Numbered from the whole stretch's first letter, positions 36,201 to 49,940 are shown. The stretch: 59,921 nt of DNA, filler included, from Gonapodya sp. JEL0774 (GCA_027604505.1; 2 parts of 2 records of this genome joined end to end with filler, not necessarily neighbours in it); one strand, 5' to 3'. Numbers and translations are program-made. The notes: generated from the sequence alone by a model not told the origin.

Positions 36201-38500
36201 AGTGCGCTGACCAACTCAGGGTAGGAAAGAAGTTAATCAGAGGCCCAAAAACTATAGACACAAGGACAGAAGAATGTATAATGTTGCCTGTGTTGGCAAT
36301 TGTCTGTTGGAAGAGCTGAAAATTTATCACTTCTGTACGTTGCTGGGCTGGGTCCTGAAAAAGGTCGTAGAATTTCTTGATGCTTGATTTGAAATATCAT
36401 CCAATAAAGTCGAGTGAGGGGCGACTCCTGCAAATGGGAGGGCAAGTTCTGCGCCCTGTACCTCAGCCAGCTCCACGGATTTCTTTGGTGTTTTCTTCCT
36501 GCTCTCACCATAAAATGTACTTAAATGGACTTCCATCCTGCCCAAACACAGTTTCCATGTTTTTCCGAAGGTTTGTATTGGTCACGTCTGCAGATGCTGA
36601 AGCAATGGAAGGTCCGCGTGTGAGATGGGACCAAGGGGAAGGGAAGTGATCGTGAGTCTATCACAACATAAATGTTTGTAGCTATGGAACATCTCACTCC
36701 AAAACAATCCATTTGATCCCCAATAGATGCGCTTCACTACCTCTGGCATCTGCCGATCAATCTTGTCTGCCATATTTGCAACAGGTTTACTCAAGGTCAG
36801 TCGCTTTTGGTCCCCACCCACGGTGGAATTCAGAGCAGTCGGTCCAGCCAGGAGGATGCAAAGATCCTTGAGCTGGCCAGGTAATTTCAATTTTGCATGT
36901 AAACTGTCCCGAAATGTGGAGAGGACTTTGAGTTCAAACACTGTCGTGGCCCCCACAAAACATTCCAAACCCTTGGTATCGGGTTCCTCAGGTACTCGCA
37001 TGGTCAATTTGTTGTTTTGGTCCACTTGTTTTCCTTGACCTCTCTCTCTGCAGAAGCCTCCCTCCTCGCAACACCTTAAAGAAATTCAGATACCTAGTGT
37101 ACTCATCCACAGCAATGACCTCCAAGGCCCTCTCCACTCCATCCATTTGTATGATCACTCCTGGGTACAGCACTGCATACATGCTGCTGTCTGCACATTG
37201 TCCCGGCTTTTCGAATTTTTTTTGTACCAAGTCAGGTGGCGAAGGGAAGGTCTGTGCAGAAGAGATCCCCCATGGTGCGAGCAGCGGCGCTTATATCTTG
37301 TGGGGAGGCCCTCACACTGGTAGTACACCCAAAGGCTTAGACTTGTGCACCTGGATGGGACAGAAGGGTGGACATTACCATTGGTGAGTGCAGGAACCTG
37401 ACGCAGCCAAGGTTGTGTGATCTCACAAATTTTTACGTACCTAGCTATTGCTTCCATCTACCCGCTGACATTTCCCACTCGTATGTTGTACATTTCTGTC
37501 TCATATTGAGGTATGGGGATTGATGTGATTGGATTGTCCAGAAGTGATTGTACAATGTGCCCCCTTCTGTGACCCCAAGGAGGTCATGTCCTGAAGTCAG
37601 AGGAAACCTGGAACGGAAATGTACAAATGTCGAGACAGACAATACACAGCGCTGACGTTCCTACCTGGAATGGAAGCGCTACTAGTCAAACCCAAAGAAC
37701 TACTCCCACTGGTCTACAACACCCCGTGCAGCAGCTGCACTACAAACAACCCCTAAGACAACAATGACTCCTTCATCATCTAACTAACCCAACTCTGATC
37801 TAGCAGTAAGCCTAGCATGTCACCAAAGGTGACACCTTCCCTCAAAGTGATCTTTCTATCTGAAAGCCTCGAGTTGACTCCTCCACGATGGCATCAACGT
37901 TCCTACCACTGTCAGTATAGTCCATGGCTGAAGTGAAGCTCGACTTGATGTTGCAATGTTAAGTAAATGATTCACGATCTATCCAGCAAATGCCTGTACA
38001 ACTGACTCTGGAATAGGCGAAGTGATACTCCCACAGAGTTCTTTGCACTTTTGCACAATACAGAGTAGTATTTGTATGGACTCCCCATGAGCTTACCTGC
38101 ACATCCTTTTAGTCTGTCCTTGTGAAGGACGCTCCGCACTTCTAGGACCCGATTTATATTGTCTATTGACTTTGTAATTGCATCCTGGATGAGAAGAGTG
38201 TTTGTGTTCAGATTTGTCAACTTCTCGTTCAGCAAGTAGCTCTTCAGCTCTCTGATCCTCTTGGTGCCCTTATTGCATGCATTATTCAGGTGAGTGATCA
38301 GATTCTCATACTGTTTTGTCTTGTGGTGCATTGTGCGTGCAGTGAAATGTGTGCAGTTGAGAGAGTTTTGGTGTGCACGCAAGGAAAAACAGGCAGGGAG
38401 ATAGAAAAGGATAGATTGGAAAAGAGGAATGAAAAGAGGCAAGCAAAGGTATGTAGTGGTGCTAACAGTATACATCTTGGAGTGTGGCCAATGGTACTCC
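30260..38500. mobile_element. CpG-depleted field of degenerate repeat/transposon remnants
   Basis: No long intact ORF; visible CpG scarcity with TG/CA excess; retroviral-type aspartic protease relic LIDTG/SNFVS near 33706-33740; diverged inverted repeat pair at about 33395-33620 and 34278-34530. Confidence 0.6.
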
Positions 38501-39344
38501 TAACGATTGTTTCCAGTTGATTTGAGACATATACCAGCAGAAAGAGAATGGAATTAGATTATTACGTATCAGAGACATATTTCACAACGTATTGAATCTA
38601 TAAAACGGCTCCTGTTCCTTGCATCCTCATGGTTCAAGTTGTGTCTCTCCCTTTGAAACAAACAAAATTCCACACATTTGGGCCAGCTGACAGCATTGCA
38701 TGGTAATGCACAGTAGATTTCGGCCCTCAATTGGAGGGAAATTGGCAGGGTGGTCTGGAATTGCTCATTCTCACCAATTCTGTGATCGTTCAGTTGGAAT
38801 CCTTCTGCTTTCCAGTGTTAAATCTTGTCCAAAGGCAAGTAGTGGGTAAAAGCTCAGAAAGCGCGCAACAAAAGAGCCGTGGATGGCTAGGTGCTCTCTG
38901 AATTCAATTGTGAATTTTTTTGTTGATATGTCTTCCTGAACAAATGAGGCAATGAACACAGTTTCTTGGATAAACCAGGCAGCATCACATGACTTTTCTC
39001 ATGAATTTATCCCCCACTCAACCAAACAACTCCTTTGTACCACTTTTTTCCGTACGGCTACAAAAACACGTTGCACATCTTCTTTATTGCACTTCAGGCA
39101 AAGGTGGAGAAGGTTATGATTTACGATTTGAAAGAGAGCCAAGGTCAGACACTCACATCATTGACTTTCAAGCCGCCGTAGAGGGGTCGTTCTCCCCTAC
39201 GATCGTAAGCTATTCAACGAGCCTCTCCCGATATCAGGTTGTGGGGAAGGTGGAGATCCGTCAGGAGCGGAATGAGCCAGAACAGCAGCAACTATAAAAA
39301 TGTTATATATATTTTATCAGGATGTTTCAGAAGCAGATGAATTT

Positions 39345-39417
39345 GCTCCTCTAGCTCAGTCGGCAGAGCACGGTGCTAATAACGCCGCGGTCACAGGTTC
39401 GATCCCTGTGGGGAGCA
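39345..39417 (+). tRNA. tRNA-Ile (anticodon AAT)
   Basis: Acceptor stem GCTCCTC/GGGGAGC; D arm GCTCAGTCGGCAGAGC; anticodon arm CGGTG-CTAATAA-CGCCG; T arm ACAGG-TTCGATC-CCTGT; TTTT Pol III terminator downstream. Confidence 0.97.
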
Positions 39418-40305
39418 CTTTTGCATCTGGGGTTTGGAGACGCACTGTCTCACGGTGAGTGTCACTTCAAAAACAATTTTTCTCATTCAAACTGACCGGG
39501 AGTCAGTTTTTCGTTTTTGTGTTTTTTAAACCCTTCACCACATTCCCCCCCCGCCGTCATATCAGGTGGGATCAGCAGCAGGAAGCCGGGGTTGTGGCCG
39601 GACTGACATTCTTGCCAGCGTCTGTTCATTCCGGGCGCAGGTGCGGTTTTGTGTTATTGTGTGGACTTTCACCGTCATCTTTCCAGCGCCGTCTGCACAT
39701 AATTCACATCCGCCCAAGAATCTAAAACATCCACCCTCGTATTGGTTCGGAAAAACATATGATAAGAAAAAGAAGAAGAGGCAAGAATTGGCGTGGAGCC
39801 GTGTTCTCTATCAGCATTGTGTGAAATATCGCGCTATGGTCTTTGGTACGGTCACCTTCGTCCCTCGCACAGCCATCGCACGTGGCAAGTCGCACCCATT
39901 TCTCTCCTACTGCAATGCAATTGGTACTAACTTACATGCGAAAAACAAGATGCTCATGTGTATATTACCTCTCGTGAGACCTCCACGTCAAGTCAGTTTC
40001 ACCAGTTCGCGTGAACTCAACTCTCAACATTACTGGTGAACAAATATGTACACATAATGACTCCTCCTGCATGATCTACACACAATACTCCAAAGTTTCA
40101 TTGTATCGGAATCAGCATTTACCTCTGTTGTCCTTTGTCGTCTGTCGCCTTCGCAACTTCAGAACCACGCAACTCTTTCTTGTTCCTCCTATTATCCCGT
40201 GGTAGCCCTCGCAAGTCCTCCTCTATTCTTGTGTCTTTTGCATCATGCTGTAAGTGGACCTCTTGGTTGACCTCGCGGACTCTGCTCGATACCAAATTCT
40301 GATCG

Positions 40306-41670
40306 TCATCTGCTCTCTTGCTCTCGTCCCTTTTCTTCTCCTCTTCTTCGGGCATTCTCCTCGACTTCTTGTGCGTGCTCAGCTTCTTCATCCTCCTCGC
40401 CGTCGTCCTCCTCCTCCTCGTCGCTCACTCCCCCCTCTTCTTCCGCGTCCTCCTCTTCACTGTCCTCCCCAGCATTTGCGTCTTCCTGTTCATGCTCCTC
40501 CGCAGAATCCTCGTCTTCATCGTCAGAGCTCTGTTGAAGCTCCCACGTCCGTCGAGACTTGCCCATTCTTCCCCGGTGATTCTCATTCCTCTCCAGGCCC
40601 GCGTCCAAGTCGTCGTCGTCGTCATCCGAGTCCCGGGCTTCACCGTCACCATCCGACGCCCGATTCTTTTCACTTCGACGAGCCTCTCGCTCCGCTTCAA
40701 GGGAGGCAAGATGTTCGCTCTGAACATCCAGAAGCGCTGCTGAGGTCGGTGCAGCCGCGTAGGCATCGAGCAGCTCCCTGGTGCAAACAGCGATGAAGGA
40801 TGACGAACCAGGAATCTCACATGTATTCCAACTGAGTATAAGCTACCCACTCACCCATTGATTTCCCAGAATCCCTCACCCCACGTGAACGCATCAAGCA
40901 CCTTACGTGCTTCCGTCTGGTAGCCGGTAATATACATGGCAGCGGCAAGAGCTTCGGCACAATTAAGTTTGAACGGCCGACCATAGTTGACAGGATTCGC
41001 AGCGAGGAGATACGGAACTGTTCAAAGTGTCAAGCGAAGACCATAAGGTAAAAGCCATCGCCAGAGGAGTAAAATGCAACTATTGATTGAGAAACACGTG
41101 CAAGCCCATAACACTCACGAAGCCTCTCATTCTGCGACTTTATACGATCAAATGGCACCTCGTCTATCCTCTTCCAGCTCGCTTCAACTACGGCAACGCC
41201 TGCTCGGGACACCGCCTCTCTATCCTCCACTGAAACAACTCGCTTTCCTGCAGGCGAGACGACAATTCCGTGGAATCGCGGACCTCCAATCCGTAAATTT
41301 TTCAGCACCCCGAGTCGCGCAAGCTTGGCACCAGAGCATCGACGAGGATCGCAGTGGTGGAAATCCCACATGGCGACTATGACGGAATCACGAAGTGAGT
41401 CCAAGAGATTGACGCGGTTAAACCACCCAAGGGAAACGAAGCTCAAACGCACCGGGGAACGGAAACTTATACCGAGATCGCTGATGTCTGGAAGCAAACG
41501 TGGAAAGAATCAATCGTCCTGAGGGACGTACTCAGCTGTCGTTTGAAATGGACTCACGCTTCTCCTGGCTCCACATCTCGCTCGTCTCCTTCGGTTCCGT
41601 TTCCAGTAGCGCGTCGCCTATGTTTTTCCTTGACCCTACTTGCGTGTTTTTCTTTGTGTTTTCCTCCCAT
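40306..41670 (-). CDS. TSR3: 18S rRNA aminocarboxypropyltransferase Tsr3
   Basis: [68 protein letters not shown], and an acidic C-terminal tail. Basic start MGGKHKEKH at 41670. Confidence 0.92.
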
Positions 41671-43198
41671 GCGGAAGTGGACGAGTGGATGAGGTCAAAA
41701 GAAACCAATCCCGATGTGGTGCAACGACTTATCATCACTAAATTGGGTCCCCTCTTCTCACAGGAACAAGCAAAGGACGGACTTTATAACAACGTATGGC
41801 ATATCTTTTTGAAGCAGCGAGATAATGTATTGGAACCTTCGAGATTTTAGTGCTGTACTACTTCCGTGATGAAGAAGATAATAAGGAGACTGTAGAAACA
41901 ATGGAAGGACACAGTCCGGCAGGCGTGACTTTACGTACATTAAGATTCGAAATTGATATCGAAGGAACTACACACGTCGAAATGAAGCACCCGGAATTTG
42001 ATACGGAGCCTGTGGCCACAGGATATCATAACAGCGTTGCATTGCTCGCTGCTTTCAACAATCCGTCTCACCGCGCACCCACATTCGTCTTTCCGTTGCC
42101 ATTCAGATAATTGTGTCCCTCGTAGATCGAGTCAGAACATGGTGCGTACTCCTGCATTGGAAAGCACTCGATCTTCCAGTCACTGTCACAATCGCTTTTC
42201 TTATTCTTTAAATTACCAAGGGAATAATCAGCTCGACCTTGGGTAGGCGAATCTTCGGGGTTATCTCCATGGAGACACGTTGAAGACAATTTAAAACGAT
42301 AGGCGATGCACTCGGAAAGAAGATGGATGAGAGTCAGGCGAAAAGCTAGTATTTTCATCATGACGTTCAGCACAGTCAGTGCGTGCGATCACAAAGTCCG
42401 ATCCTGATGTGTCTCTCCTCGCCATTCCATCCTCAGTGTCAGCGGTTCAAAAAGTAAGTTGAGGAAACGCATAGATGATTTGGTCACAAGCTTCCCAGTT
42501 AGTACATAAACCGGTAATTCTTCTAGGAAAACATGAAGAAACAGATGGAACGACAGATGCGGGTCATAGTATGTACGGAAACAGGTGTTCCCTTTCAAAC
42601 GTGGAAACCCAATGAAGTGAATTTTCCGTTCCAACCAGATAGCCAATCAGGTACATCTTTTTCGTACTAGTGAGGAATTTCTGTATCAGTGTGTTCATCA
42701 GTCACTCCTCCATGAAAGGTCGCCTTCTCGCGTGACCTTACTCTCTGGATCGGAGGGTGAGTATGCAACATCCAACAACAATAGCCAATTGCTTCACGAT
42801 TGGTGGTCAGCCTCTGGAGCCTCGCAGCACTGGGTGGAGCGGTCTCATATGTTCGAGTGCGTCAGGTACCACCACTCTTGAAACCGCCGCTGGTCCTCCT
42901 GGTCGTGAGTCTTACATAATTCCTCGACCTGAAACCCACGAACAAGGCGGTGCTTAATTGATCACGTTTGCTTCAGTATGCGGGTTTGTACCAATGGGAT
43001 ATGGCATATGGGGACAAGACCGAACGACTTCGGCAGGAATACCTAAAGATTTTGCACGAAGAAGGTTCTTATCAACCTCCGCAGGCTTGACATTCATTTG
43101 TAGTGGCTTTAATGTTGCTAACCAATTCCACCTTGCAGACCATTGGTTCTCAAAGCAAGATCTGGAGTTGAGGTAGACAATGAGAAATCTGTTGATCC

Positions 43199-44887
43199 CT
43201 ACGGGTCAACGTCGATTCTTTGTTGTTTGTAGCTCACAAAAGTATCTTCGAATCTAGAGACTAAGTATTCTCCCGCTGTAGTGGGTGGATATTTTGCTTT
43301 CTCTCCCGGCGCCAAACACGACGGCAGCGCATCAACTGGAGTGTCGTGGTGAACGTTGTAAAAGAAAGGTATGGAATATCGTGCTACGCCAGTTCGATTA
43401 ATTGCACGGTGCACCGTACTCTTGAATGTGTCGTTCGACCATCGGGCGAGAAGATCGGCAATGTTCTCAAATTTACAGGGGAGTGATCGGGTAAGAGAAG
43501 CGAACGCATCTGAACATGACACGAGACCTACAACAACGAAAGTACCCGGGATGGGAGGTGCATGAATCCACTGGCCTTTGCTGTTCAATACTTGCAGAGC
43601 TTCGTTAGTATCTTGTCGGAGTATCTGGGGAAAGAAATGGTAGTTTACGAACTGCATAAAACGCAATTTCTTCTTTTAATGACTCACCGTGAAGCAGTCC
43701 TGCCATTGTCATAGTCAAAAAAAAAAAAAATGCTAGATGATGTTGTGTCATAGTTCCCGAATAAGAAGTCAGGTTACGATGCTTACATAGTCCTGGTGGA
43801 TACCAGAGTTTCTTCATCTTCAAATCATTCCTGAGACTCAATCGACATATTTCACTCACCGTGTGAGCTCCGATCCCGATTATTCGCTCATCAACCTCCC
43901 CGACCTGCGGTGGATAGAACAGGATTCTCTGTAATGCCATCGGCTTCCCTTTGTCTAAACCATCAAAAGTAAATTCGGGTAGTTTCAGGGCCAATGCAAG
44001 AGCACGGAATAGGTATTTCGACAAATTGAGCATTTGAAAGTAGTATGCCGTGAGCGCAGGGCGAAACGAAGGTAGCTTAGATGCGTCCGGCCACTAAGCA
44101 ATGTTTACAGGCTCAACAATGCCAGAGGGTTGCTATTGCACCGTTTCAGAGACAATAAGACGCACCACATTCGGTCCATAAAACTTTCCAGCTTGTCGGA
44201 TGAAGCACCGTTTCAGGAATATGTCACAGATACTGTCACATTTCCACTCACCAATCACATCTGGGTCTTCCTCAGGGACTTCAAAGGCGATGTCAAAGGA
44301 TTCGTGAAGGTCTCCTCGGTTAGCTGGACTAAGAAGGAAGGACTCTGTCATGGGATTGCGTGTATCCGCCAGGGACAAAAAGAAAACAAGTGATCGCTTA
44401 CTCGACGTTCTCGTCCAGGAGTGCACCATAACCTCGATTTGCCTTCGATTTCTTAATATGATACTGTAGAAAAGAGAACTTCTGTCATTTGTGATGCGTT
44501 CAAACTTACAACCCCTTAAAATCCGCAACCCAAATATCCTTACCTTCATTTTCTCCTCTTTGTCCAAAGAGAAGAAAACCTTACTTTCACTGAAGACTGC
44601 TTCCACCACTTCTTCAGGCACACCGTGACCACGGATGTAAAGGAATCCGACATTCATCGCCGCATCACGGATTTCGCAGGCCATGCGATCCTTCTGCTCT
44701 GCATCGGACCCAAATATTGGAGAAATGTCGATAACCTGGTGGGTGTGGAAGTGAAGTAATATGTCTTGTGGGAACAGGCCGACAAGCAGGAAGGACAAAC
44801 CGGAATTGAGTCAAAATCCGAGTGTCTGGCCGTCAAACCAGAACTAACTTCTCGGCTGCCTAGACCAGTGACGACTTGGGTAGTCAT
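43199..44887 (-). CDS. 2-oxoglutarate/Fe(II) oxygenase (isopenicillin N synthase/DIOX_N-like), copy A
   Basis: DFDSIP|VIDIS, GFLYIRGHGVP, DLHESFD, QWPD, RILFYPPQ, IGIGAHT|DY|DCFT, NIADLLARWSNDTFKSTVHRAIN, RYSIPFF. Confidence 0.9.
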
Positions 44888-45199
44888 CGTCGTGACAATA
44901 ATATCACACACTCCCAGAGCACGACGACGGTGATCGGGGATCACGAGGCCCCAGGCAAAAAATGAACGGACCGCAACTCATGCTCCGATAACATCGATAA
45001 CAACCGCAAAGACCCTCGAGAAATCAGTAGTATCAGAATGATGTATCTCAGTTACCCACAGGCAGTATTGGTGCGTTTTGACGCCTTCTGAGATTGTATA
45101 TTGCGACTTCAATCAAATATATGCATTCTATAATGCCATCAAGATGGGCTCCCATTGCAATACTGCTTCTATATGCATTTTGAGCCATTTGAATGCTAC

Positions 45200-46745
45200 T
45201 TATAAACTAGCTTCTGTTTTCTGCTCCTTATACACTGCAAAGGTATCTTCAAACCTGGAGACGAGGTACTCTCCCGCTGTGGTGGGAGGATACTTTGCTT
45301 TCTCTCCCGGCCCTAAACACGACGGCAACGCCTCAACTGGAGTATCGTGATGTACGTTATAGAAAAATGGAATCGAAAATCTGGCAACGCCTGTACGATT
45401 TATTGCACGGTGAACAGTACTCTTGAATCTTCCATTGGACCAACGTGCCAAAAGATCAGCGATGTTCTGCTCACCCAGGATTGGGCATTGAGTTCGATCA
45501 CTAAAAGTTTTTGGAAATTTAAGAATAAACTCACAACAATAAATGTCCCCGCAATAGGGGGAGCGTGAATCCACTCTCCGTTCTTGTTCAGAACCTGCAG
45601 TGCTTCTTTATCATCTTGCTTCAGAATCTTTGGAGTGAGAACATCATTAAAAAGGAACAAGTGCGTTTGATTTCCTTTACTTACCGTAAAGCAATCCTGC
45701 AATATATCACCGATGAGAATGGTCACGGATGGAATTAAACAACTTAACTCACATAATCTGCATGAGCACCAATTCCAATCTGACGCTCGTCAACCACTCC
45801 TTGTTGCGGCGGGTAGTACAGAATTCTCATGAATCCCATGGGTTTTCCTCGATCGATGTTGTCAAAATAGGTCTCGTCCAAGTCTAACGCGAGTGCAAAT
45901 GCGCGAAACAAGTATTTGGAGAGAGTTCGCATGTGACCGTAGTAGCGATACAGATTTTCGCGGAAGGTTGGCAGCAGTTTTGAGTCCGGCCACTGACTGG
46001 AGTGATTGTGGAGGGAATTAAGCTCATTACAAAAAGAATCCGTCGAAGAGAACATACTTGGGCCCGTAAAATTTGCCCGCTGATAAGAAATTTCATTGAA
46101 CAAAGGCACCCGAGAAGTACCCGGGAGCTCACCCACCCAAATAGTCAGGATCGTTCTCGGCAACCTCCATCCCCAAGTCAAATGATTCATGCATATCTCC
46201 TCGATTTGCGGGACTGATCCGAACATGATTGAATGACTTAAGGGCAAGGCATTTTCTGGGCTGAAAAATGCTCCAACTCACTCCACATTCTCGTCAAGGA
46301 GTGCCCCGTATCCACGAAGACTCTTTGAGTTCTTGATATGATAGCTCATTTTTGTTTCGGTCGGAAGCGCAAAGAACTTGTGTGCCTCTGAAAATACAGA
46401 GTCTACGACTTCCTCAGGTACCTGAATGTAGCCCTGTTATTGCCACCAGCGAGAATGCCAAGACAGCTCACATGCACACTACCTCATGATTTTTGATGTA
46501 AAGGAACCCAATATTTGTACAAATGTCTTTTAATTGCCTAGCCAGTTGTGCCTTGGCATTTGAATCAGATGAGAATATGGGTCCGATATCGACGACCTGG
46601 GCGATCATCACATTAGAATGCTCTTGAAGAACCTCTGCACCACAAAAACATGTGCTCTTACCGGAATCGAGTTGAAGTCCACATGCTGGGCTTCCAATCC
46701 GGAATCAACGATGGTGCGATCGCCTAGACCAGTAGAAACATGCAT
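45200..46745 (-). CDS. 2-oxoglutarate/Fe(II) oxygenase (IPNS-like), copy B
   Basis: DFNSIP|VVDIG, GFLYIKNHE, RILYYPPQ, IGIGAHADY|DCFT, NIADLLARWSNGRFKSTVHRAIN, RFSIPFF. The C-terminus is nearly identical to copy A. Confidence 0.9.
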
Positions 46746-47145
46746 TGTCGATAAAGGTGATCGGTTTTCGATCGCAGTAAATTACGGGAACTGCTGTTAT
46801 CCAAGAGAAAGTATTCGCGAAAGTCTGTATGGTGAAGAGAGCACGATAGATCCTGTCGCTTATGTATGAAGACAAAGATGTCACGATGCAGTGCTGCTGT
46901 GACTTGACCGCCAGCCCGCGGCTAAACTTTGACGCTGAGAATACCTTTGCTGACCATGATATGTATACCAAACACAGTGCGTCGACGAATACATCTATCT
47001 GTACCGTATCTTCTCTGTGTGCACTTGGTGTATGTACTCCCATATTACCAATCATGCATGTCATCTCACTGAGAAAATGTTCTCCACACATATATATTTA
47101 CATTTCTAACACAATAAGTAGTCGAATTTGCATGGAGCGTTTTGT

Positions 47146-48235
47146 CTATTGAGTCGGTTCGCTTTTCTTTGCTGCTGACAGCACCCTCGCCAAGGAAACG
47201 CCGCCAACTGCACCACAAGTAAACGACAGAATCAAGAAAACATAGACGGCCCACGATGGTCGATTAGAGTAATCCGTTGCCCATCCCCACATTACAGCGG
47301 CCATCGGCCACTGAAATTGTATGAGAGTTGCTCAGTTCCCTCTCAGCGAGACTGGCAAACCCACTCAACTGAATTTGAGCTCACCTGAAACAAATGATTT
47401 AAGTTCAAAAATAGAACAATCCACGACGCGTGTTGAAGCGAGCACTCAAAATGCCGGGACTCCGTTAATGGGATGATTCTCGAGCTGTTGGGCCAGACGG
47501 ATGTAGCTTCTGAATCTCCTGACACTACAGTTCCATCTGTTTCAACACTACTATCGGAGTATGTTGTAGTTTCTTTGGCGATTCCGGGGGCGGAGGTCCT
47601 TTTGGGCTTCTCTGCTCGAACTGGGTTGATCGATCCACCTGGTACCGCCCGATTTCGGATTGGTTCGCTACGGATGATTTTGATTCGATCATCTCCAAAT
47701 AATTCTTCACGGAGCTTCGCTGCCCTCCTATCCCATACAGCGTCCTTTGGGTCATCACGTGTTCCTTCATCCCCCACTCTGTCTACCGAGCCAGTATTGT
47801 GGTTCCGCAGTCTCCAGAGCTGCAGTATCATGGCCCCAAGTTTTAGTCTTGGCCATACGACGATGAGAGCTTGAAGTGTGAAGCAAGCGTTCAAAATCTG
47901 AGAAGTGATTTCAATCCACTGATCCTTTTGGGATTTAGGAAAGTCTCGAGCGAACGGAAAGTTGCAAAGAACCATGAACTTAAAAATGATCACCAAGTCG
48001 TGAAGACACAAATGCGTGAGAGACTGCAGTCAAAGCTTGATGACCAGGCCAATCCGGGAGACATCACATTCCTTACCAGAATCGCTCCCGACACCACAAT
48101 CACCGTGATCAAGACGACAGTAAACCAGAAGCTCGGCTTCTTCAGTAAGGGCTTGAGAGCCAGCCATCCACTTTGGAGATGTTGCTGGATCGTGGGCATT
48201 GCTTGAGAGCTTATGTCAGGTGCATGATGCGCCAT
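47146..48235 (-). CDS. DUF2985-like multi-pass membrane protein, copy 1
   Basis: VIVVSGAIL|FMVLCNF..DQWIEITSQILNACFTL..VLFLNLNHLFQ|WPMAAVMWGWATDYSNRPSW; stop at 47146. Family name is from memory of the WIExxSQILNAxFT motif. Confidence 0.75.
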
Positions 48236-48369
48236 TTTTCACAAATATTCGTTTGCATGATCTGCATAATAATCCACAGCCTCGATGAACAAGTAAGCGG
48301 CGTGCGAAAGTCCGAGCAGAAGCATAAAGTATGACCTTCGTCAAGGTACAATACTAACGAATGACAAAC

Positions 48370-49299
48370 TCATGATAATGTGTTTTCGCTGCCTTTCCTC
48401 ACACTCCTCTCTTTGCTCGCTTTGTATAGCACAACCAATACTCCAACTCCGCCTACACAAGCGGATCCGAAGCCCAAGATAAGGAACAAGTAAACAACCC
48501 AAGATGGACGGTCCGAATAGTGAGACGCGTATGCCCACATGACAGCAGTCATCGGCCACTGAAAAATGAATTTGAGCACGATGAAGTCATTTTTGGTCCA
48601 CAGTGAGCACATTGTCAGATGAAACACACCTGAAAGATATGATGCATATTCAAAAAGAAAATGAGGAAGGACGTATGCTTCAAGGATACCTCATACTGCG
48701 GTTCAGCCGCGTCTTTTATCATGTCAGTCGTCCACGTCTTCGATGATTCAATTGCTTTTCCTGCGAATTCGACATCCAGGGAGAGGGGCCGTCCCAAACG
48801 TGATAGAGAGAGGTTTGCGGACCTCTTCGGCTCTCCAGAAACGACTGTCACTCCATTGCTCTCAAACAGTTCCTTGCACAAAAGTACTGATATTCTGTCC
48901 CAATCCTGCAGGGAATGTGCTGAGTTCCCTTTCAATTGCCAAAGTTCTCTAGCCCAAAATGCCATTTTCAATCTTGGCACGACAGCGACGAGACATTGGA
49001 GTGTGAAGCAAGCCGTCAGTATTTGAGAATTGATTTCAATCCACTGGTCGTGGGTTCCCTTTGACATATCCTTGGCGAAAGGGAAACTACAAAGAACCAT
49101 GAACTGGCAAAGAGCAAAGAGCGAGAGATAAGCATTGAAACGCTTACGCGCTAGAAGCCTTCAGGCGTGGACTGACCAGGATGGCTCCGGAAATGACAAT
49201 CGTGGATGCGATTATCGAGTTGAACCAGAACATTGGATTCACGAGCTGTGGTTTCAGCCAGCTCCATGATGTCACCAGTCCCTTATTCAGATTTCCCAT
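48370..49299 (-). CDS. DUF2985-like multi-pass membrane protein, copy 2
   Basis: MGNLNKGL..IVISGAIL|FMVLCSF..DQWIEINSQILTACFTL..FLNMHHIFQ|WPMTAVMWAYASHYSDRPSW. Same intron positions as copy 1. Confidence 0.75.
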
Positions 49300-49940
49300 G
49301 GAGAATCTTGCGATGTGGTGGGTGATTGAAGTCTGACATTATGTATTATGTTTCGCGGTTAATACCTTGGACCCGCCATTCTGACTCCTCAAATTTTCAA
49401 ATCCGGCGCCTGTGGTACATCTTTATAATCACCTCATAGTCCTGCCAACACAGATGCAGGGACTCCTGAAATTATATATTTTAGTGTGTCATTTTGCCAA
49501 GAATCTGCGCTCTCCCTTGAGGTGATAGTGGTGCATTCGCTGAGTTTTGACCCATATCCTTGAAGCCTCCAAAGAACCCGCACACAGAAATGAATGAATA
49601 ACATGCAAATTGTTATTACTGATTTGAAAAACAATCAGAAAAGAACAATTAGGAGAAGTTCTGCACCATCGACATGTTTTTCGCTTCCTGTCGCCGACAC
49701 CACATTTTGCTGCGTCCGACGTCGTGGTTCATAGTCTCTTCTCAAAATCGGCTCTGCAAATACAGCCACAAGGCCTCCTCATTCCATCTTGCACTCTAAC
49801 GATCACGGGTTTCAGAATAGCCAGTCACCGTTTCCTTAGTGCTAGTACTATAGTGCGCTCCGAATGCAAAGCAAATCAAACGCCAACCATAAAAGAATAG
49901 TCCGACGAAAGTCTCTCCGGTTTGTCCAATTCTTTTTCGC

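Noticed and set aside
41688..42110. Possible small gene divergent from TSR3
   Set aside because: The apparent intron 41794-41850 does not join the two ORFs in frame, and no motif was recognised.
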